Below are positions 25,233 through 31,120 of a stretch of DNA of 31,120 bases, piece after piece. Position numbers and translations under genes: made by a program. How positions within the stretch are numbered: the stretch's first letter is position 1; the number at the start of each line of letters is the position of its first letter. The stretch is from positions 1-31,120 of IMG/VR virus record IMGVR_UViG_3300037195_000145; one strand, 5' to 3'. The notes beneath the pieces were generated by a model, which was given only the letters and a program-made list of their open reading frames with translations, did no database searches and was not told the DNA's origin. Origin of the DNA: a virus. Lineage: Duplodnaviria; Caudoviricetes.

Positions 25233-25634
25233 CTAAGATGGATTATATACTATATTAGTTGTTGGCGTTACTGAGTGTTGTGTAAAGTCTGGCGTTTCTG
25301 TACTATCTAATAATTTCATTTTTCCCTCTTCTACTAAATTCGATGCTAAGTCAGGGTCTAAGTTTGTTGCGCTTGCTTGTTCATAAACCTGGTAAGTATA
25401 GTAGCCGCCCTTGCCTAATATTAAGCTACCATTAACAGCATCATTTACACCTTCAATAAAACTGAACTGATCGTATCTTTTTTTATTTGTAGAAGTATCT
25501 GCAATAATAGTATAATAACTAATTTTCGTTTGAGCAGAAGTAAATACAAATAAATAATACGGGTCTACTAATACTGAAAGTTCATATAACGTAGCTACAA
25601 AACTTGTAGTGCTATTCTTGTTCAGTATTATCAT
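25233..25634 (-). CDS. Structural protein (beta-rich, head-tail region), 133 aa
   Basis: ATG at 25634 (MIILNK...) preferred over GTG at 25670, which lies inside the upstream 50-aa gene. Confidence 0.65.
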   Translation of the reverse strand: MIILNKNSTTSFVATLYELSVLVDPYYLFVFTSAQTKISYYTIIADTSTNKKRYDQFSFIEGVNDAVNGSLILGKGGYYTYQVYEQASATNLDPDLASNLVEEGKMKLLDSTETPDFTQHSVTPTTNIVYNPS

Positions 25635-25764
25635 CAGCTTTTTTACTTTTTTTAGCGAATACGTCAGCACCTAGCTTTTTTAAAATTACTTTATTTTCGT
25701 CTTTTATTTCGATTTTAAAGCCTTTTCCATGCCAAGTTTGGCCAATTAAACCTTTTTTAAACAT
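25612..25764 (-). CDS. Small basic protein, 50 aa (MFKKGLIGQTWHGKGFK...)
   Basis: ATG 25764 to TAG 25612, just downstream of late motif copy 2. Confidence 0.7.
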   Translation of the reverse strand: MFKKGLIGQTWHGKGFKIEIKDENKVILKKLGADVFAKKSKKADDNTEQE

Positions 25765-25792
25765 AATTTACGTTTTATTATTTATTTAATAT

Positions 25793-25807
25793 ATGTGAAA
25801 TATTTGA
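25793..25807 (-). promoter_or_regulatory. Putative late promoter motif, copy 2 (TCAAATATTTCACAT)
   Basis: Shares the TATTTCACAT core; immediately downstream of a terminator. Confidence 0.55.
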
Positions 25808-25813
25808 CTTATT

Positions 25814-25844
25814 AAAAAAAAAGGGATACTAAAACAGCATCCCT
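25814..25844 (-). terminator. Intrinsic terminator after the major tail gene
   Basis: AGGGATGCT-GTTTT-AGTATCCCT followed by T8. Confidence 0.85.
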
Positions 25845-25871
25845 AATTTGATTTATGAAGAAAGTAGAAGT

Positions 25872-26387
25872 TTATACATCAATAGTCAAAGTAGCAATCG
25901 TTGCAGCAGATACCTCGAAAGGCGTTTCAGCTTCTTTTGCCATTAGCTCAATATCATAGCCATTACGATCGCCGAAAGCTGTACCAGTATTAGCTACTAA
26001 GGATTGCCCCTCGGCATAAGATTGAAAACCTAAGCCCCAATAAACTCCGTTGTTGTCTTTTACAATAATTGCTAAACGACCTAAAATCATAAGTCTAAGT
26101 TCGTTGCTTTTTACTGCACTAAATTTATTAATTGAAAAAGCTACAACACCCTCGCTAAATCTCGTTCCATTAGCTGGGTCTATTGTAGTAGTAGCTACGA
26201 TGCTACCCACTTCTTTTTTAAGTTCGTATTTGTACCACGTTGCACCACCATCTGTGATAGCTGTTACTTCGTGACTTGACTCTGTATAGGATGTCATTGA
26301 GTCCCTAGATAGAAGGTAAATTTCTAAAATCCCCCCTGTCGAGTCACTACAATCGCGTTCCATTCCAGCACTTAAATTACAAGGCAT
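25872..26387 (-). CDS. Major tail tube protein (putative)
   Basis: 171 aa, M.C.L..G...DC....GGI and IVKDNNG.YW..G...TGTAFGD.NGY motifs; follows the capsid gene and precedes a terminator. Confidence 0.7.
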   Translation of the reverse strand: MPCNLSAGMERDCSDSTGGILEIYLLSRDSMTSYTESSHEVTAITDGGATWYKYELKKEVGSIVATTTIDPANGTRFSEGVVAFSINKFSAVKSNELRLMILGRLAIIVKDNNGVYWGLGFQSYAEGQSLVANTGTAFGDRNGYDIELMAKEAETPFEVSAATIATLTIDV

Positions 26388-26461
26388 AACTGTTTGATTT
26401 TCAGTTAGTTACGTTATTTAAATAATAACTAACCTGGTTAATATTTAATTTTTTTTATCTT

Positions 26462-26485
26462 AAAAAGAGGGCTATTACACCCTCT
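26462..26485 (-). terminator. Terminator-like hairpin after the major capsid gene
   Basis: AGAGGG-TGTAATAG-CCCTCT followed by T4. Confidence 0.7.
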
Positions 26486-26496
26486 AAAAGTTAATA

Positions 26497-27450
26497 TTAT
26501 ACTAAAGCAAATCTAACGATTTCATCAGGAAATGCTACATTTAGTCCGCGTCTGAAGGCTATGGTGACCTTATATATCCGATCATTTGGATCATACCAGG
26601 ACCTAACATCTGTGCTTTCTTCTTCAGGTAAATCAACTCCAATGTGTACGTTAGATGCTCTCATTATATAAATGTTGTTTGTAGTACCACCACCGATAGT
26701 AGTCATACCTGGATCGCTAACAACTTCGATGTTAGGAAAACCAATTAAAGGCATAGAATAAAATTGCCCTTCAGAAATATAATGAAAATAATTACCATCT
26801 GCGATAGCTCTTTGATAAAGTAAAAACTGTGCTGGTGCGCAATATAATTTCAAATCATCAGCACCCGCAATATTAGTAGGCATTAATTCAGCCATTCCTA
26901 AAAAGATACTAATAATAGTTGCTGAAGTATATCCTGTCGCAACTGTAATACCTGTCGGATTTCCATTAACTGCTGTACCAGCCGCTAAAATTTGTTTGTC
27001 TAATCCATCATATTGTGATAACTGAGCTGAGCCTGAAAGTGTATCACCCTGCCAATCTGCAATAGCAATAGATTCTTGTATCTTTTTAACCTTCAAATTA
27101 AAGTATAATTCCGCAAAAGGAATTTCCTCTTTTTCGTTTGTAAGTCCTTGCTTTAACATAACGCTTTCATACGTGGCCGCTAAATCATCCATACAAAGGT
27201 CCTCATGTATTGCAACTTTTCCTGGGGAAATGGTTCTTTGTGTTAAAGTAGTAGTTCCGTCAGCACTTCTAGCACAACCGTCCGTTTGAAATACTACATC
27301 AGTATCTAAAATATTAATAGTTGTCGGACCTTTTACCCCTGTCTGAATTTGTGAGTATCTAGGTAGCTGCCCTTCTGCAACTGAAGCTACGATCAGTTCC
27401 ATTGCGTTCTGCTCTGTGTACGCTGGTAATGCACTTACATCAAATGCCAT
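26497..27450 (-). CDS. Major capsid protein
   Basis: 317 aa after protease and scaffold; MAFDVS.L..Y, EDLC, WQGD and DGL motifs; followed by a terminator. Confidence 0.85.
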   Translation of the reverse strand: MAFDVSALPAYTEQNAMELIVASVAEGQLPRYSQIQTGVKGPTTINILDTDVVFQTDGCARSADGTTTLTQRTISPGKVAIHEDLCMDDLAATYESVMLKQGLTNEKEEIPFAELYFNLKVKKIQESIAIADWQGDTLSGSAQLSQYDGLDKQILAAGTAVNGNPTGITVATGYTSATIISIFLGMAELMPTNIAGADDLKLYCAPAQFLLYQRAIADGNYFHYISEGQFYSMPLIGFPNIEVVSDPGMTTIGGGTTNNIYIMRASNVHIGVDLPEEESTDVRSWYDPNDRIYKVTIAFRRGLNVAFPDEIVRFALV

Positions 27451-27462
27451 AGTTATAAATTT

Positions 27463-28113
27463 TTAGTTAATAATTTTTTTATCTTTTAAGTAAGAGATAA
27501 CATCTCTTTTATTTTTCTTTAAATGTGAAAAGCCGCTATTACTTTTCTTTGCTGTTTTTGTTGCTGGGTCTGAAGCAATCTGTTCAGTAATTTCTACTAA
27601 ACTTTTAAACGCTTCTTTTAAAGCTACAATATCAGCATTGATCTTATTAGTTTCTTTTTCACTTGCAAAGTGTTTTTCTGTTACTATGCTTTCAATAATC
27701 TTTTTAGCTTCCCTTCTTTGTTCGTCTGTAAATGGCTTATCATTTTCCATTACTTCTTCTTCTACAACTTCTTCGGCTGGTGCTTCTTCAATTTCTTCTA
27801 ACTCAGGTTCTGCAACCGCAACTATTACTCCATCTTCAACAGACACTACTCTACCATCAGCGAGTTCATAGTCGCCTGTTGGTGCTGGCTGTAGAGCATC
27901 GTCAATTAAAAGTACCATAGCAGCACCAAGACTAACGTCAGGCTCGACCTGTGCGATACTCCCGTCTGCTAAAGTAACATCTTCAAATTTTTCTTCTACT
28001 GTTTCAGTAGGTTCTGGTGTTGGCTCTGTTGTAGTTTCTTCAGTTTCTACATTAACGCCTTCCGTTTTAAAAACGTTTTTAATGTCTTGAAATAATTGTT
28101 TTACGTTATCCAT
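27463..28113 (-). CDS. Capsid scaffolding protein
   Basis: Highly acidic, PAP.G.Y.L.DG....VEDG.I motif, coiled coil, between protease and capsid. Confidence 0.75.
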   Translation of the reverse strand: MDNVKQLFQDIKNVFKTEGVNVETEETTTEPTPEPTETVEEKFEDVTLADGSIAQVEPDVSLGAAMVLLIDDALQPAPTGDYELADGRVVSVEDGVIVAVAEPELEEIEEAPAEEVVEEEVMENDKPFTDEQRREAKKIIESIVTEKHFASEKETNKINADIVALKEAFKSLVEITEQIASDPATKTAKKSNSGFSHLKKNKRDVISYLKDKKIIN

Positions 28114-28137
28114 AACTTTAAAGTCTTTATTATATAT

Positions 28138-28153
28138 ATGTGAAATAATTTAA
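28138..28153 (-). promoter_or_regulatory. Putative late promoter motif, copy 3 (TTAAATTATTTCACAT)
   Basis: 16-bp identity with 5947-5962; upstream of scaffold-capsid-major tail. Confidence 0.6.
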
Positions 28154-28169
28154 TTATTAAAAAAAAGTT

Positions 28170-28769
28170 TTATATTTTTTTGTAATTACTAATTACATCT
28201 CTGATTTTATTAATAATTTTTTCTTGTATGTTTCTGGATTTATCTTGGCCGAACATCCCTTCTACGCTGAAGCCTTTTACTTTTCCGTTTTTAACAAGTT
28301 CCCAAACTTCGTTATTTTCTACTCTTAAACTTCCCCACCAACTACCATTAGGCACTTTCTCAAATCCTTTAGGCGCTATGCTTCCGCGTTCATTATCAAT
28401 GATTAAACTTTCAATTAAATAAACACCTTCAGTTTCTTGATCGTGCATTAAATTAATTTTATTGCTATATCCTTGCTTAAAGAACTTATTTACAATTTTG
28501 TTGATAGTATCCTTTTTAAAGACTACAAAAAACTTTTCGTTTGCGTCATTAAGTCTAGGTATTGGCAAATCGGACACGATGAAATATCCTGATACTATAC
28601 GCTTTTCTTCGTCCTGTATTTTAAACTCAAAATTTAATGGTTTCTGTTTATTAAAACTAAGCCATAGCTTCTCTGTGGCAGGTTGATCTACTAAAGAAAT
28701 AAACGATATTCCGCTGTCGTCATCTTCTTCGTTAATTATTAATTCTAATATTTCTGTATTATTTTCCAT
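28170..28769 (-). CDS. Prohead serine protease (XkdF-like)
   Basis: ISLVD.PA, EKRIVSG, NLMH, ESLI, P.GSW, VW..VK.G.VKGFSVEG motifs. Confidence 0.85.
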   Translation of the reverse strand: MENNTEILELIINEEDDDSGISFISLVDQPATEKLWLSFNKQKPLNFEFKIQDEEKRIVSGYFIVSDLPIPRLNDANEKFFVVFKKDTINKIVNKFFKQGYSNKINLMHDQETEGVYLIESLIIDNERGSIAPKGFEKVPNGSWWGSLRVENNEVWELVKNGKVKGFSVEGMFGQDKSRNIQEKIINKIRDVISNYKKI

Positions 28770-28780
28770 AACTATTTATT

Positions 28781-31120
28781 TTAAAATGTACTTTGTGCTT
28801 CTATAACACTTACTTTATTTTGTGTGTCTGATATATCTGTTTCTGTAACATATACTTTCTGATCTTCTTGCGGTACTAACGTTGATGTATTAGTAACAGG
28901 GTCTATTTGAGGTGCGCCACCACCGCCACCAGGTACACCACCACCGCCAAAGCTACCACCAGCAGCACCGCCTGAAAATTTTTGTTTTCTTATGTTCTGT
29001 ACGTTTGCTAATCCTGTTGCTAAAGCTATTCCAGCAGCTATAAATGGTGCAGCAGGAAATAGTATCGTTTCAGGACTTGCAGCCCTTGTAGCAAATATTG
29101 CTTGTACGCCTTGATACGTTTGGATTAAAGCCATAGCAATCTGTAATTTCTTGTTAATTTCAAAAGCACGTTTTTGGCTTTTTTCATTGTCTTTAGCAAA
29201 AGCACTTGTTAAATCCATTACAGCACTTAACCCATCTAAAGCCATCTGTGTTTTTGCATCTTTAACAGCTTGAGCATCTGCTATTTCTTGAGCTGTATAT
29301 TTTTTCTTTATTTCTGCAATATCTGCGCCTTGAGCTTCTTCAAGTAATTTAGTGCTTTCGCCCCTTGCTTTTAATGCTTCAATTTGTGCGTTGTATTTAT
29401 CATATATTGCATTAATTTCTATTTCCTGATTTCTTTTTTGATCTTCTGTCATTCTATCTAAATGAGCATTTTCCAAATCTTCTACGCTTTGATATAATTC
29501 ATTTAGTATTTCAGTTTCTTGTACTTTTAAAGCTATCTGTCTATCGATTTCTTTCTGTGCAAAATCTTCTCGTATTTTATCTATTGCTTGTTGAGTTTTA
29601 AACTCTAATAGTTCACGCTGTCCGTCTGTAAGTTTTTTATCTTGTAATTGGTGTTCTAATTTAAAGCTTTCTATTTTAATTAACGCATTTGCTTTAGCTT
29701 CTGCATCTTCAATCTCTTCTGCGTTTGCTTGTTTTTGTGCTAACGCTAAATCGTATATTGCTTGTTTTTCTCTTGCTGCTCTTTCCTTTCTTGCATCACT
29801 TCTTTTTTGTGCATCTGCTTCGGCTTTTTTATCTGCATTATCTGCTTCTTTTGCTGCTTTTTTATCTGCATTATCTGCTTCTTTGTTTACTCCTATATTA
29901 TCTTTTTGTGCTGCTGTTAAATCCGACTGTGCTGAATTAGCATCTATTAAGCCACCCGTATATTTTTCAATTGCTGCTGTTGCTTCTTGATAGTCGTCAT
30001 CCCAAACTTGTAAATATATTTGTCCATTTTTTAATTCCTTGCCGTTTGCTTTTAAGCTAATATTGTATTTGTCTAAAACTTTTTGTGCTGCTTCTTGGTT
30101 TGCAGCTACTTGATTATAGTCTTTGCCAATAGATTGAGCTAATTGACCTACCGCATACATTTCTTCACCTTCTAATTTCAATAGCTTTATAGCATCTTCT
30201 CTGGACACACCTAAGTCATCCATTATCTTATCCTCTATTTTAATCTGCTCGGCAGCTTTTTCAGAAAGTTTGGCTTCCATTGCCTTAGACCTTGCCTTGA
30301 GTTGTAACGACTTTGTTAAATCTTTTACGGCTTGGTCTACTTTTTTTGTGTTTATTTCCTCAAGTGATAAATTTCCTAAATAGTCTGGATATTGTTTTTG
30401 TAGTTTTTCAATAGCATCGTTTCTGGCAGCTTTACTTAGTGTTTCATCTTTAGCAGTTTTAATAAGAACTTTCATCTGTACAATCTCGCCTTGTACTGAT
30501 TTTTCTGCTTCCTTTACAACTTCGTTATATTCTTGCTGGGCTGTTTTTACTTTTTCAACTTCACCAGCAAATGCTTTATATAAAGCAATAGCTGCACCAA
30601 TAACAACAAAAGGCAAAGCTAATAATGCTACGCGTAAAGCCTTAGTCGCAACAGTTGCCCCATTTGTGACAAATGTTTTTAATTTAGTTATAACAATAGA
30701 CGCTTTTTCTTGTGCATTTTTGGCCATCAATACTACGGTACTTTCTTTTTCTAAGTTTTTCCTTAGAGTTTCAATACCCATTAATAAAGATTGTGCGCCC
30801 TGTAATTTGATTAATGTTTCTCTATACTTTTCACTATCAACACCAGCAATAGCTAAAGCACCCTGAAAAGCAGCATACCCAGCAATGACAGTAGTTCCAA
30901 TATCTAAAGCGGCCTGCATCTTAACGCCATCATTAGCTAATCTATTTACTTCTGCTGTAATATCATTATAACGGTCTTTTAATTGTGCCGCTTCTTGTAT
31001 TGCTTTTTTGCCTAATGGTGAAGTTCTACCAGCTTCTAATGCGATTGCTTGATACTCCTGTATCTGCTTGTTCATCCTACGGATGTTCACAGGACCTTCT
31101 TTTATTTCTTTGTTAAGACT
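28781..31120 (-). CDS. Tape measure protein (3' part; true start at 281 across the join)
   Basis: Long Ala/Lys/Glu helical protein with hydrophobic segments; frame open to the window end. Confidence 0.85.
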   Translation of the reverse strand, partial: SLNKEIKEGPVNIRRMNKQIQEYQAIALEAGRTSPLGKKAIQEAAQLKDRYNDITAEVNRLANDGVKMQAALDIGTTVIAGYAAFQGALAIAGVDSEKYRETLIKLQGAQSLLMGIETLRKNLEKESTVVLMAKNAQEKASIVITKLKTFVTNGATVATKALRVALLALPFVVIGAAIALYKAFAGEVEKVKTAQQEYNEVVKEAEKSVQGEIVQMKVLIKTAKDETLSKAARNDAIEKLQKQYPDYLGNLSLEEINTKKVDQAVKDLTKSLQLKARSKAMEAKLSEKAAEQIKIEDKIMDDLGVSREDAIKLLKLEGEEMYAVGQLAQSIGKDYNQVAANQEAAQKVLDKYNISLKANGKELKNGQIYLQVWDDDYQEATAAIEKYTGGLIDANSAQSDLTAAQKDNIGVNKEADNADKKAAKEADNADKKAEADAQKRSDARKERAAREKQAIYDLALAQKQANAEEIEDAEAKANALIKIESFKLEHQLQDKKLTDGQRELLEFKTQQAIDKIREDFAQKEIDRQIALKVQETEILNELYQSVEDLENAHLDRMTEDQKRNQEIEINAIYDKYNAQIEALKARGESTKLLEEAQGADIAEIKKKYTAQEIADAQAVKDAKTQMALDGLSAVMDLTSAFAKDNEKSQKRAFEINKKLQIAMALIQTYQGVQAIFATRAASPETILFPAAPFIAAGIALATGLANVQNIRKQKFSGGAAGGSFGGGGVPGGGGGAPQIDPVTNTSTLVPQEDQKVYVTETDISDTQNKVSVIEAQSTF
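29823..29884. repeat. In-frame 33-bp-period duplication in the tape measure gene (KEADNADKKA x2)
   Basis: 29-bp identity between 29823-29851 and 29856-29884. Confidence 0.9.
30987..31120. repeat. Terminal direct overlap, right copy
   Basis: Matches 1-134 with two mismatches. Confidence 0.97.

Noticed and set aside
29823-29884. Tape measure internal duplication as a novel element
   Set aside because: An 11-aa period duplication is ordinary for tape measure proteins
2489-30866. All plus-strand ORFs in the track, and the nested minus-strand ORF 1944-2135
   Set aside because: They are short shadows of well-supported minus-strand genes, carry no recognisable motifs and mostly use non-ATG starts

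Overview
The window is an apparently complete, circularly overlapping genome (about 30,986 bp; bases 1-134 recur at 30987-31120) of an AT-rich tailed phage with a siphovirus-type gene set. The host is most likely Bacteroidota (Flavobacteria-like), judging from TAnnTTTG promoters, A/C-rich leaders without Shine-Dalgarno sequences, a DUF3127-type SSB and an adhesin-like Ig repeat. All credible genes lie on the minus strand. Reading from high to low coordinates from about 19.3 kb, the order is: early small genes in repeat-flanked units; recombination and replication genes (SSAP-like, Gp157, SSB, initiator, DnaB-like helicase, Holliday junction resolvase); four DNA methyltransferases; a sigma-like factor; terminase; a tail module crossing the join; head genes; major tail; portal; neck; receptor-binding protein; lysis cassette. 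I recognised no integrase, DNA polymerase, tRNA, CRISPR array or reverse transcriptase. The most notable unannotated signals are: a leader-peptide/alternative-stem RNA in front of the replication initiator; a 10-16 bp motif repeated only ahead of three structural transcription units, a candidate target of the phage sigma factor; a -1 frameshift in a displaced tail chaperone; a low-GC C5-methyltransferase plus two nuclease-like genes; and many short ORFs missed by the ORF track. Family calls come from motif recognition only; no database search was run.
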